A stretch of DNA of 63,669 nucleotides, the filler included, from Platydemus manokwari (Eukaryota): the NCBI GenBank assembly GCA_037951405.1. It is 6 parts of 6 records of this genome, joined end to end, with 100 filler letters (N's around TTAATTAATTAA, not from the genome) between each part and the next. Parts side by side here need not be neighbours in the genome. Positions count along the whole stretch, not along the records: positions 1 to 9,894 come from JBBMOY011191988.1; positions 9,995 to 20,409 come from JBBMOY011135439.1; 4 more parts are not named here. The stretch is one strand, 5' to 3'. Below, piece after piece: positions 1 through 13,016 of this stretch (its first letter is position 1; each line of letters opens with the position of its first letter). Made by a program: the position numbers and the translations under genes. A model generated the notes under the pieces. The model was given only the letters and a program-made list of their open reading frames with translations. It had not been told where the DNA came from and made no database searches.

Positions 1-1516
1 TTAGATATTGATTGTCATCATGTGTTTGTAAAATATAAATCGATTTTCCTCAAAATAATATATGATCGAATAAAATATTATAAAAACAAAAAAAATTTCA
101 CTAGGTCTGTTTTTAATGATTAATTCCCTAGATTAATACTCTACAATTTTTAAACTTCTCTCAACATTAGTTATTAACAGATCGTCTGGTGCTTTTCTAA
201 AAGTTTCATTAATTTCTTTATTCTTCATCTTATTGATAATTCCATTTGAAATAAAACTGGAAATTTTGCATTGCAATAAAATCGTGACTTTCAATTTCTA
301 TTACTAAAATGGATATCCCATTTTGTCGAGTGACGATATTGGCGACTTCGCAAAACATGAATTGCTTTTACCTCTTTTGTAAAAATGTTTTGTATTCCTT
401 TAATAAATATGATAAATGTTTTTAAAATTAATTATAATTATTTATAAATAATATTGGTGGTCATGACTTCTGATAAAATCAAAATAGTGTTCGTTCAGTA
501 CTCCAACTATAATTACTGCTGTAGGACAAGGAATTCTTGTTGAAACAATCAAAGATTATATAAGCTTTAACCTTTTGAGATTTTCAGAAGATTTTCCGGT
601 AACTTTGTCCTCATACGAGTTACCGAAGCCCTCTAGAACCAGTGCAAGCTAACAAAAACAACAACTACCTAGTTAAATTAATACATCATGAAATTCTATC
701 GATACTATTAATTATAAAAAATGAAAGAATTTATAATACATGTATGCAAAAGTAGTCAAAGTGGACAACTGGTAAAGATATCTTTAATGGATTACGAAAG
801 GGTATTATAATACCAGATAAGATCCTGTACGTGAAACCAAATCCACCAATTCTTAAAACCACGCTGAATACACAATCAAGAAACAAATCAAAAAATATAT
901 TTAATAAATAATGACAAGAGACATGTCTTCTGAGAAATATTGAACACCTCTTATATTAATTATGATAAATTCTTTCATCAATCAGTTTCTGTAAATAATC
1001 GTTGTGAAAGCAGCAAAAAACGAGACAATTTAAAAAATTAAATTTATGATAATTACACACAGACAAAAATATTTGTATCTTAAATTTTAACTTTTTATAA
1101 ACTTAGTATCAAATTTTTCATACTAATTTTCAATGAAATTGATGTAGATTTCCTTTGAAAATATTTCTACTCATATAAATTTAAAACCTAATGTTTATCA
1201 TATGGTTGTTTTAAAAATCTAATTTTATTTAAATATATAAAAGAAATCTAGTGACGATGTCAAAATAATTTTAATTCGTTGTTATAAAAACATTTTATAA
1301 AATTCCAAACAAATTAATTGACAAATTTTATTATACTTTTCTTAATAAAAACTTCTTTTAATGTGGTAATTTTAATAATATAAAATAAATACACTTTGAA
1401 TTTATAGGTATATATTTTTGTTTAAAATGATTTAACAAAATTATTAAATAAACAGCGGATGGTATAATTGGTGAATAAATTTTGTTATAGCATATCTTAA
1501 AGAGGATATTTTAGAA

Positions 1517-2553
1517 ATGAATTCTGTAAATTTGAAATCAATTTTCAAACTCTTAACTGATTACAAGTTTGAATCACAAGAGATTTCCGAAAGCTATAAA
1601 TGTAAAAAATGTCAAAATATTCTTAACAATGCGAAACAAATAGAGTGCGGATGCAGTTTTTGTAGCAAATGTGTAGACGAATTGGTTGAAAGTGGAGCTG
1701 AATATTGTCTAGGAATGACTGAAATGTGCAAGGAAGCACGTTTGTCAAATGCTTTGATTGATTTCAGAATGAATCGTGATATATCTGGTATTGTTGTCAA
1801 GTGTCCAATGATGTGCTCTCATGAAGATAAACTGATAAACATGGGTGATCATATGAAGGTTTGCCCAAAGGAAAGCACAAAATGTGTTTTTAGCAATTTG
1901 GGGTGTGAGGCAGGATATTTGATGAGGGAAAATATCGATCATCACATGCAATTGAAATCGATAAGCCATATGGTATTGTTGATGAACACGATAGAAAATG
2001 TGAGAAATGAGAATAGAGAAATGAAGAAAGCCCTTGATGATTTGAGAAGTGAGAATGAAAAAAGAAAAAATGAAAATGAAGCTTTAAAGCTGGAAATGAT
2101 AGCCATGCAGGTAAAAATGGTCTTAGCGTGGTTTCGAATTTGATTTCGATTTAGAGGGGAGGCAGAATCGTTTGCGTGATTGATAAGTTGAATGAGAGAA
2201 TAAATAAAAACAGTGTCTTCAGGAGTAGATATTTCTATGGCAACGTTGAATCATATAAAATGTCATTGCGGATAGCACTAGATTTGGAAAGCATTAAAAT
2301 CAGTTTGTGGATTTGTCAGGATGTGAGAGATCAATATCTCAAATGGCCCCTCAAAGCTAAGATCGAAATTAAAATTCGAAACGGGACTGCACTGAAAACC
2401 AAAACTAATACAATGCAGATGGATAGGCCAAACGATAATTCATTTCGTAGTAGTCGTATTTGCGATTTTGATTATTCCGAGTTGAGAGACGAAAATCTTC
2501 TAGTTGATGACTGTTTTTCTGTTGAATGCATTGTTGATGAATTGATTCATTGA
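1517..2553 (+). CDS. TRAF-like protein (RING - TRAF Zn fingers - coiled coil - MATH), copy 1; exons 1517-2110 and 2155-2553, about 330 aa
   Basis: RING CKKC...ECGCSFCSKC, TRAF-type Zn fingers (CPMMC...DHMKVC, CVFSNLGC...HHM) and a coiled coil. A 44-nt GT..AG intron (2111-2154) joins in frame to a MATH-like exon (GRIVCVID, SRYFY, YKMSL, LKWPL, VDDCFSVECIV). Confidence 0.88.
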
Positions 2554-4017
2554 GTGCAACTTGATTGATTGATTGATTTATAATTAATTATAATTTCGAA
2601 ATAATATTGGTTTTAAAAGATAAATTGTTCAACCAAAGGCAACTCAGGTTCAGAGTGTTTTTGGAGATAGATTCAGCGGACATATTGATTTTGATCAAAA
2701 TATTTCGAGTAAAAGTATACTTATTAATTGATTTGATCTTTAGCGGTTCAGACAATTAGAATTATCATGAAAATAATTATTTTAAACATAAAAGTAGTGG
2801 AATCTGGAACAGAGTCAGAAAATATTGTAGAAAATCAAATAAAAAGAAAATTGAGGAGATCACCAAATATAAAGCTAGTATTTGAGACAAAAAGTTGATA
2901 AAGAAATAAAACGGCCGATATAGATACAGTATTGACACGAAACTTTGTTTCGAAGTTCAAAGTTTTAAAGAAACATGAATCAGGGATTAAAAAATTGTTA
3001 CAAATATTTTCTATAAAAAACTTATAAATTATTTGATGCAATCGAATTGAGCTTCAAGTAAATTTAGCTATTGGATTGAGCTTACAACAAGAATATAAAT
3101 ATCGATCAAAAACAACAATAGAATAATTCTGTAGTTCTAAGCTCTGCCAAAATGATTATTGGTAGTCTTCTTATTATACTCATTTAAAAATCAGATCCAG
3201 CACAGCAGTAGAATCAATACAAATCAAAATTATTGGGTGTGCACATAGTGTCAAATAAGCATTATGGAGGAATAAACAATAGCCAAAACAATTGATATAG
3301 TCAGTCAAAGTGAATATATTTGATTCTTTATCAACATATAACCGTATTTCGTTATATTAATGCATAATTATACCAGTAATGACATGTGTATGACGATAAA
3401 ATATTTATTAAATGTGGGTTTTATTGCAATTTTTTATTTGAAAATAAGGGTTTTTCATTTAATATTTTTGGTCGATAATTATTATTGAACTTATTTAATT
3501 TATCAATACATATTGACTTTAATATTTATCTCCAATTTATCATAAAATGAAAACTTACCATTTTATTTAATGATAAAAGAGTTGCTTATTCAAATCAATT
3601 AATTTATCTTATATGTCTTTTATCGGCTGCAACAGAACAAAACCACTTAAAACCCAAAATTATATTATAGAGCAAAAATATTGATAAATAAATTGCCACC
3701 TGTAATCGCTTTGTCCCCTGGCTTGTTCCTGTATTATTAATTTGTGATAGACTTTGCCGGGTGCCTTTTTGGTATCATATTTGGTTATCTTTGGCATTGA
3801 GGTTGAGGAGGGAGGGAGGGAGGTTGTAATTCTGAGGTTAAATGATATGCTTCTCTGTCTGAAAATATAATTAAATTAATACTAGTTGTGTTATTTCCAA
3901 CAGTATTGAATGTCTGGTTGAAAAATAGGTCACTAATAATGTTCGTACAACCGTTAATAGTGCCTGTAATGATATAATACGGATAGATGACAGATAAATA
4001 AGGATATTAATTATGAA

Positions 4018-4988
4018 TTATACAGTAGAAGCATGGTATACAGGCTCCATATACTCATGGCTTTTCTTCTGCTGACAATACATTACTTCGCCCAGTAAGG
4101 GCACGAGCAAAGCGAAATGCATTAGGCAAGTGCATATAAGTATAATCATACGTTGAGCGACTTGCTCGTTGTGTGTGATTGTTTGATTCGTGAATTGTGT
4201 GCTTGCAAAAATGATTGTTTGTTGTGTAATGCTTGAGTTGGTTACTGTGTCGCTGGGAGGGTCCTCTTCTATCCTTTTCTCAGTGGATTTCTGTCGAAGT
4301 TGTGCCCATAGGGCTGGATTTAATTCGTATGCAATTCTCCGAGTCTGCTGCCGTGTGAGAGGCTTATGAGTTGTTTTTCCACCATTTCCGTATCAGGATG
4401 AGTTCGGCTCGACTCGTTTTGTAAACTTTTTATAGCGATAATTGAAGTTCTCATACTTGTAGAATACAAGGATTTTTATCTTATAACTTTTGCATAGATC
4501 TCGATGTAACTTGTACAACATTTGTTTTTTGTTGCTTAACAGGAATTGTTCTCTCTATTCACGGCCTATGATGGAGCCGACAATAACATTGTTTGGGCTC
4601 TTTGCCTTTATTATAGCGATGGACTGAAGTGTGACAGTGATATTTACGGATTTTTAGAGGTAGGGAATGTAATTCTCTTTCTCCGTATATACTTTCTTAT
4701 GACCATATGCCTTTTGTTGATATATTGATAAAGTCTAAGTGTAACCACATCCTTTGGGAAGAGGTCATCAAACATATGTTCCATCTCGAACATTGCAAAC
4801 TGATATGTCCCATTGACTGTGTTAAGGGTAGTTATTTTCCTTTTTTCGTTCTTTTCTACGTTTATTTCGTTCTTTTACTCGAATCCAGAAGGAGTTCTAC
4901 ACGATAGACCAATGTTCATCCACTAATTTGGCCTAGGCTCAGCTTAGCCTAGGAGTGCTAACATGATCTGGACGGTTATAGCTAGCAT
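4018..4988 (-). pseudogene. Decayed Env-like type I membrane protein (ORF3 of the Gypsy element)
   Basis: Signal-peptide-like MLAITVQIMLALLG directly after the integrase end. The C-terminal frame has an S/T-rich stalk with NSS/NQT sequons, a hydrophobic MIILICTCLMHFALLVPLLGEVM (4081-4149) and a short tail ending at a stop at 4018-4020. Confidence 0.55.
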
Positions 4989-6045
4989 CTATGATCGTTG
5001 AGGGTATCGATGACTATCTGTGTTGAAGTTGAAATCTCTCTTCGTGTTTGACGATCTTCCTGTTCCTGTTTCTGTTTGGGTCAGGGTTTATATTATCCTG
5101 TTCATTGTATTTTTTGTACCTATTAATATGAACCCACATGAGTTTTGTATTGCTTCATCCGATGGTTCGAATATCCAGATTTGTGTCCATCATTTTATCA
5201 ACCATGCATGGTCCTTGTTAGCTTAGTTGATATCTCTTTGGGGTAAGTCGTGCTTTCTGGCATGACATTATCTCCTATTTTTAAACTGTTTTGATTTGTT
5301 TTCTGATCATAAGCATCCTTCCTTTGCTCTTGAGCAAATCGTAAGTTCCTTTCGGTCTTTAGCCAAGCTTCTGATAGTCTTTCTTTTATCACGGTGATGT
5401 AATCTTCGTCATCCATGTGTTGGGTTACTCTTGGCATTATTTCGTCATCAATTGTCAAGTTGCTCAATCTCAGATACATGAGGTAAAAAGGACAGTAGCC
5501 TGTACTGGCTTGCTCCGCATTTCGATAGGCATAGAGATAGGATCATATGTGTACATCTCCATCATTTTGTGCTGCATTAGTATATGATGTTAGCATACTA
5601 ATGAGCGTGCCATTAATTCTTTCGACCAACCCGTTACTCTATGGGTGGTATGCTGTCGAGGTGAGTTTAGTGATATTGAACTGCTGGTTCACAGCCTCTA
5701 GTGTTTCGTTGAAAAACTCCGTTCTCATATTGGTTAGGAGACATTTAAGTGCGGCATGCCTATATACGATTTCCTCTACGAAGATTTTAGCCACCGTGCT
5801 GGCCTTCTTGTCCGGTGTCGCTTGGCTTCTGGCCATATAGTCATATAATTAATAAAGACTAGAATATATTTGTTCCCGTGTTTTCTCATCATAAATGGTC
5901 CAACTTTATCCATTGCAACTCTTTCCATTGGTGCGCTTGGAATGGGTAACAGCTTTAATGGCGCCTTGTATTTAGTTCCTGTTTTGTATCTGGTCTGACA
6001 GATTTTTCAAGTCTGACACCATTGTTTAATATCGATTCGCATTGT
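4018..6045 (-). mobile_element. Decayed Ty3/Gypsy LTR retrotransposon fragment: integrase plus downstream ORF3
   Basis: Minus strand reads PIPSAPMERVAMDKVGP, GNKYILV, TVAKIFVEEIVYRH, TSTAYHP, AQEQRKDAYD..LKIGDNV, WVHINRYKKY and the terminal HRYPQRS, with stops and frameshifts. An extra coding region follows (4018-4988). Confidence 0.9.
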
Positions 6046-6419
6046 AATTAACATAAAATAATTAAATTTAAATCAGATATAAATTAATCACAATAATCAA
6101 ATAAAATAAACTAACCTCATAATACTAATCAAATGAGATTTATTTTTGGTATTTACATGAAGTGATTTGAATTTTAAATTTAATAATTTATTAAAGTATG
6201 GAAATTTATTTTAAAAAACAGATATTGTTTTTGAAAAGTTTTAAACTTACAGAAATTAAAACATTTCATTAAAATTTTCTTAATAATGACTTCTTTAAAT
6301 GCGATAATCTTAATATTACTAAATTAATATATTTTGAATTTACTTATGTATTAAATAAATGTGCGTTATTTTTGATAAATGCTATTATTATTCAATATTA
6401 TAAAAGGATTATTTTAGAA

Positions 6420-7479
6420 ATGAATTCCATAAATTTGAAATCAATTTTTAAACTCTTAACAGATTACAAGTTTGATTCACAAGATAAGATTTCCGAATGT
6501 TATAAATGTAAGAAATGTCAAAATATTCTCAACAATGCGAAACAAGTGGAGTGTGGATGCAATCTTTGTAGCAAATGTGTGGACGAATTGATTGAAAGTG
6601 GAACTGATTTTTGTCCCGGAATGACGGAGTTATGCTCGGAGGCACATTTATCTAATGCTTCTTTTGATTATAAAATGAATCGCGATATATCTGGTATTAT
6701 TGTCAAGTGTCCAATGATGTGTTCCCATGAAGATAAATTGATGAACATGGCTGATCATATGAAGGTGTGTCCCAAGGAAAGCACGAAATGTGTTTTCAGC
6801 AGTTTGGGATGTGTGGCAGGATATTTGGCGAGAGAAAATGTTGATGATCACATGGAATTAGAATCGATGAGACACATGGTGTTGTTGATGGACACGATAG
6901 AAAATGTGAGAAACGAGAATAGAGAAATGAAGAGAGCGATGGAAGATCTGAGAATTGAGATCGAAAGTAGAAAGAATGAAAATGAAAATTTGCGAAATGC
7001 AAATGAAGAAATGTTGGAAAAAATGAAAGAAATGCGAGTTAAATTTGTCTTTGTGTTAGTTTCGATTTGATATTGATTTAGATGGGTGGCAGAATAGTTT
7101 GTGTAATTGACAAGTTGGATGAGAGAATCAATAAAAATCAAGCCTTCAAAAGCCAATATTTCTATGGCAACATGGAGTCCTATAAAATGTCTTTGTGGAT
7201 AAAGATGAATCCGGAAACTTTTGAATTCTTTTTCCACATTTGGCTGACAGCAGAAATCAATATCTCACATGGCCCTGCAAAGCTAAGGTCGAAATAAATA
7301 TTCGAAAAGAGGCAGCAAGGAAATCTAAAACAGAAATAGTGCAGATCGATAGTCCGCTAGGGAACGCAGTTCGTCAAGTTCGTATTTGCGAGTTCGGTCA
7401 TGCCGAGCTGAGAGCTGAAAATCTTCTAACTGATAATTGTCTTACGATTGAATGCATTGTTGATGAATTGATTGATTAA
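6420..7479 (+). pseudogene. TRAF-like protein copy 2; exons 6420-7037 and 7082-7479, with a 1-nt frameshift near 7241 (pseudogene or sequence error)
   Basis: Close paralog of 1517-2553 with the same 44-nt intron position. The MATH exon is split between ORFs 7082-7297 and 7240-7479. Copy 1 att tgt cag gat aligns to copy 2 att tg- gct gac. Confidence 0.85.
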
Positions 7480-8729
7480 TGTTTTGTATTGGATTTATCG
7501 ATTTATAATTGAAAATAATGATAAATACAAACAAAATATCGATCCTCCACACTCTATATAGGGTGTACAAAGTGTATGCATCAAACATAATTCAGATTTT
7601 CACAAAAATTGCAGCCCTCATATCGTTAGGATTATATAAGCTGTTGATTTCAATTTTAATGAGTGATGAGGTAATTGTAAAAAGGTTCAAAACATAATTA
7701 ATATCTAACGCCAAAGTTATTGATTTGATAATTGTAAATTATATGTTCACTCACAGAAATTGAGGCAAGCTAACTCCAAATACAAATTTGTTGATAGAAA
7801 ATATTGATTATCAGAATATTAATATTACAGAATTTAACTGACAATTGTGCGGCACCTTGTATCTAAAGTGACCGTATCGCTGAAAATGATCGAACACTAT
7901 CCTTACAAACAGGAGGTGTTGTGATTTACTTGTACAGAAAGTAATTTTAAAACATGGTCTCAACACCGCTTATGCGGTATTGGGGAAAAGTTAATTGGGC
8001 AATAACAAATTTACTTAAGTTAATTGATTTAAAGTAATAGGAACGAATAAACTGAATAATTTGTCAAACATTAGTAAAATATCTTTCTATAAAAGATGAA
8101 ATGTGTTTATAAAGTGTTGTACAAAATTTCGTGCCAATTAATATGCTAAATTTGTGCGGTAGTTTTTTTATCAAGACGACAGTGATCCACAATAGAAATA
8201 AAATATAGTTACAATTAAATAAAAACCAATGACCGCGAAACCAACAATTTTAATTGACAAAATAAATATATAAAACGTGAATGACCATTTTCATTTTCAT
8301 ATATCGTAACATTATTAAATCAATTATGATGATCTTTATAATGTAGCTACTTACATCGATTAGTATTAAGATAAGAGGAAAGTAACGAAAGCAAGTTTTC
8401 ATTGTCATCAATTTCAAGTACATTAAATTCAATTTCTAAAATTTTCTATTCCATTTTAATTTATTTATTTTTAAAATATTATAATTTTTTCATAATTCTT
8501 TCAAAACATTTTTTCGATTCATAAATTTTCCAATTTTAATGTGATAGACATTTTTTTAATCGATTATTTTCATAAATTAATTAATTAAGGTCAAAATTCA
8601 GATAATTGCAGTCTAATAAGTTCTTGCATTTTCTATAATTCTTTGCTACGATAAATTCAAAAGGCTTTCCTCCTAAAATATATCTATTTATTTTATTTTA
8701 TTATTATTATTATAAATTTCATGAACCAC

Positions 8730-9660
8730 AAAATATCCATGTCCTTCTTTTCCACATATCAAACATTTATTTCGCAGTGGACATTCAAACTTCCGGTGTC
8801 CAAGTTCACCACAGCAAAAACAAGCTCCTGGTTTCAATTAATCACCACGTGGTGAAGGTTTTCCTCTACAATCATTGTAAAATTTAGAAGCAGTGGCCTT
8901 CATTGATTTTGTTGGTCTATCATTGTTTGGTGATTTAATGCGATTAACTGGTGCTCGATAATATTCCTTGACACTAAAATCTTTTTCCTGCACGATTGGA
9001 CTTGACTTTTTGAACGAAGTCTCCTTCTGAAAATCAAACTTGGGTCACTTTGAAATACCGATTGAGCATATGTCTTCTTGATAGCGTTTATGGGCTTCAT
9101 CGGAGTTAACTTCTCAAAATTGACAGCTAGTTCTTTTCTTCTGTCGTCGGGCATTGCAGGGTCGAGAGTAAATGACTCTTTCAATTTCTTGCTATTTAGA
9201 TCTTGCAGAATAAATAGTCTTGAAATTTCTCAAGAGTATTTTTCTGGTCAAACACCTCCGAAGCTAGGTTCTTTACCCGAAGTTCAAAAATCCGATATTT
9301 TTCGTCTTCTTTTTGTTGCATTGCTGCCAAATCTTGAACCTTCTTGTACACTGTTTTGTCATGTGAAAATGTTTTCAGAAACCATTTTTCAATTTCTTCA
9401 TTTCTTGAAACTGCTGAATTCTTGCCACAGCTGTTTGGCGTCATCTCTTAACAGCATGTCAAATGAAAATGATATTTCCATTTGATTGGTTGTTTGGAAC
9501 CATTTCTCAGCATCTTGGATTGATGAATCGAAGAATGATGGTTTCGGAATTAATAACACCTGAGTTTTTTTGTGCCAGATTCGCAAAATTTTTTCTACCT
9601 CTCTTCTTGTTTAGGTCTAGTCAGAGCGTTAATTTCGGCGTGGTCGCCAGTAAAAACACA
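8730..9660 (-). mobile_element. Gypsy-type gag remnant with primer-binding site
   Basis: Frameshifted Gag-like ORFs (DAEKWF, QQKEDEKYRIFELRVKNLA) end in CFCCGELGHRKFEC plus a partial second knuckle CLICGKEGH. A PBS TGGCGACCACG lies at 9639-9649 on the minus strand. Confidence 0.8.
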
Positions 9661-9894
9661 AGTTGCTTCCATCAATATTTTATTTATTTAAAAATCACAA
9701 ACAAATCTCATTTTTTATCTAATATTTTATATTGACTATTATGTTCTTCATTAGATAATACTTGAATTTATATTTGTATTTATATGTCATTATATTTTTG
9801 TATTTTCATGGGAAAATTATGATATCCACGCTTCGTAATTATTTAATATTCTCATGCTTAAGATTTATGTTATAATTTATACCTATTTTTTATA

Positions 9895-9994
9895 NNNNNN
9901 NNNNNNNNNNNNNNNNNNNNNNNNNNNNNNNNNNNNNNTTAATTAATTAANNNNNNNNNNNNNNNNNNNNNNNNNNNNNNNNNNNNNNNNNNNN
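9895..9994. other. Artificial 100-nt scaffold gap with TTAATTAATTAA six-frame-stop linker
   Basis: N44-TTAATTAATTAA-N44; the same structure recurs four more times. Confidence 0.97.
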
Positions 9995-10273
9995 ACATCT
10001 TCATTTGGTAAAAAAGCAATTGGACAAAATGATGTAGAAAATCGGAAAGAACTTTTGGTTCACCCTAATATATTGTACATCTAATTTTTTACTGAATCAG
10101 ATTGAAACTGTATGAAACTCTGTTGTAATAAAAACGAAAGGTCTTGAATTCAACAAATATTTTATTGACTTTCAATGTTTTTAATTGTTGATATAATAAA
10201 TAAACATTTTTCAGAAAATCTAAATTTAAAACTATATTCAAGGCAAATTGATTATCGTAAATTTAAGTTTTAA

Positions 10274-10813
10274 ATGAAAGATAAAATGACATTTCCGAGT
10301 ATTGATGAAAGCCTTTCAAAAGTTAATATTTTGAAATCTACAAATAAAAATAAATTGAATAACGAAGCTGATAAGTTGCCTCAAATAGAACAAATGAAAT
10401 TACCAATAATTCTTCCCGATAAGAAATCAGGATTCGCGACTAATGATTCTTGTCCACCTTTATTTATTAATAAATTTAGTTATTCTAGTCAAATTAGTGG
10501 TAACTTTTTTGGTAATGAGGATTTCAGTATAACTGATGAAAATAAAGAGCCGATTTTGAAAATTAATCCGAATCAACCCCCAAAAGATACGAAGAATTTG
10601 GAAAAATGTGAAATTGAAAAACATTTAAATTCGAAAATGTATCTCAATGAAAGTAATCTAGATTCGTCATGTGAAAATGACAATAAATCGCAAAAAACAT
10701 TTATAAATTATAATGTCAATAGTTCCTTATCTTTTAAAACAGATTTACTAGAAATCGGTTTGAAAAGTATTGAAGAAAAATGCTTAAAGTGGTTAACTAA
10801 TTACAATAACTAG
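10274..10813 (+). CDS. Hypothetical protein, 179 aa, no recognised domain
   Basis: Uninterrupted ATG-initiated 540-nt ORF in very AT-rich DNA, with AATAAA about 50 nt downstream. Confidence 0.45.
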   Translation: MKDKMTFPSIDESLSKVNILKSTNKNKLNNEADKLPQIEQMKLPIILPDKKSGFATNDSCPPLFINKFSYSSQISGNFFGNEDFSITDENKEPILKINPNQPPKDTKNLEKCEIEKHLNSKMYLNESNLDSSCENDNKSQKTFINYNVNSSLSFKTDLLEIGLKSIEEKCLKWLTNYNN

Positions 10814-13016
10814 TCTTCATTACTACTGGAATTTAAAAAATATTCTAGAGTATAAATATAAAATAAATAATATTTGTATTTAATTAAATTTTATTGTAAA
10901 AGATTAGCTTAGTTCATACGTTGTAATTGAAAAACTATATTATGGATGTGAGGACTCGATTTAATTTTTAATTCAATGCAAATTTTTAATCTTAAAAAAA
11001 TACTAAAAATGAAATCAGTTATCAATTAAAATGTAAATTGTTTGTAATGTTAACATTTTCTTTTAATTTTCGATATTTTAGAAACTTCTTCGATATTGTA
11101 GAATTCATATTCTCCGATGGACGAAGAAATTTTAAATAAATTTGAATCCTCTTTTACTAAAGGTGTTTTATTTATTAATGATTTTGGTCTGAAAATTCTT
11201 TGTGTTAATACCGATGACTTGGGTGATGTATTAATTTATTTTAGAATAAATTTGGAATGTGAAATTGGTTTCTAAACATTGAAAAGAAATAAGTCAAATA
11301 ACAAAATCGAAAACTTCATTTTTCAAACCTGATAACTTTTATTCTAACTTTATTAATGCCTTATTAAAATTTTAATGATAACTTTATGTAAATTATTTTA
11401 TTAATTACTATATTTCTCAAGAGAATATAACATTTCAAAAATAAAATGTAGATAACAAAACATTAATTGTCGAATACTAACCAAATAAATTTAAACATTA
11501 TTTCATAAAATTAATGTTAATTAAACGGAGTTTAAATGATCATTTTTACGCAATATTTATTAATGAAAATTAATGTTAGATCAAGTATTACTAAATATAA
11601 GACTATGAGAAACACATTTGGTTAAATTTTCTTCAACTCAATTATGTAAAGAATTTAAAAAGCTTTTTTCAGACTGTTGAGTACTGCTTAATTACACAAC
11701 ACTCTAAAAGTAAATATTTATTAGCGAAATTATGTTAATAAAAGTGATTAAAAAGTTAAAACAAATTGTAAAAACAACTACTAAATCATCTGAACTTTTC
11801 TTCCTTCTATTTAAGAACTTGAACTCAGATTAGTTTGTTTATGTATTAGTTACTAATTTTTTTTAACATTCCAAATTTTTCAGAAATATTGTTAAAGAAA
11901 TCCCATATAAACCACTTATTCAAAGACGAAGTTATAAACTCCAAAAGTGATTATCGTAAAATGAACAATTTCTGAAGATACAATGAAAAGCAATACTTTA
12001 AACTGCTTTCTAATCTAAGAAAAATAACTTTAGTGCGTTTGAAATTATTCATAACAAAACAAACTGATTATGAATTGTCCTGACTTTTAGATTAAAAACA
12101 GATTAGCCTTAGTTTTCAAGCCTTAAATTTCTGAATGTTTCACATTTAAAAAATAATGCTTAAAAATAAACTTTAGAGTTCACAATGAATCAAAAATTTA
12201 ACAAGACAATAAAATTTGTAGTACTGTAACACAATAATACTGTAATCAATAGTCTAAATAGCATACATGCGTGGACAAAATAAAATGTGCTGTTTTGGAA
12301 ATTCTAAGAGTTTAGATGAATAATTTTATTATCACATTGTAAAATCAAACTAAATATTATACGAAAAATACCTTCAAATTTTATTATACGTACTTAAATA
12401 TTGCGAATAATTTAACGACAGTTTACCTCTGTCCAATGAGGTTCATTTTTTACAGATCTTGAAAATTTGAAAAACAAGTTTTATTTATATTGAAATAAAT
12501 TTTAAAATTAAATGACAAATGACCAAATTTACTACAAACCCATACATTTAATTAATACAACTTGAAAAACTATTAAATATGTAATTGACATATTATTTAT
12601 ATACATAACTATGACCATTACAAAGTTACAGTAAAAATTTAAATCATTAGATTAGCACTTCGAATCAAATGTAAACTTTAGTATACAAATACCAACAAAT
12701 TTGATAATTGAAAATACTAAGCACCATATATTAATCTAAAAATAAATACAATTTATTTCCTTAGAAGTAGCTTCAAAAAAGCCAAATAAATTATATATTT
12801 TAAGATCAACAATTATCTTTTGGGAAAATAAAAGCACACATTCATTTGATATTTCGCCAAATAAAATTATAACAATTGATTTTTTAATAATCTAAAAACT
12901 GAACAATCACTAACTATTAACAAAGTAAACAGGGTTTCATATTGAAGCAACAATTCATATATAAAGGGAAATTCATAACCACGAAACACAAAATTACACC
13001 TAATCACACTCGATAA

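Noticed and set aside
9939-9950. Recurrent TTAATTAATTAA palindrome as a biological repeat or CRISPR-like unit
   Set aside because: It is always centred in a 100-nt N run and is a synthetic six-frame-stop linker.
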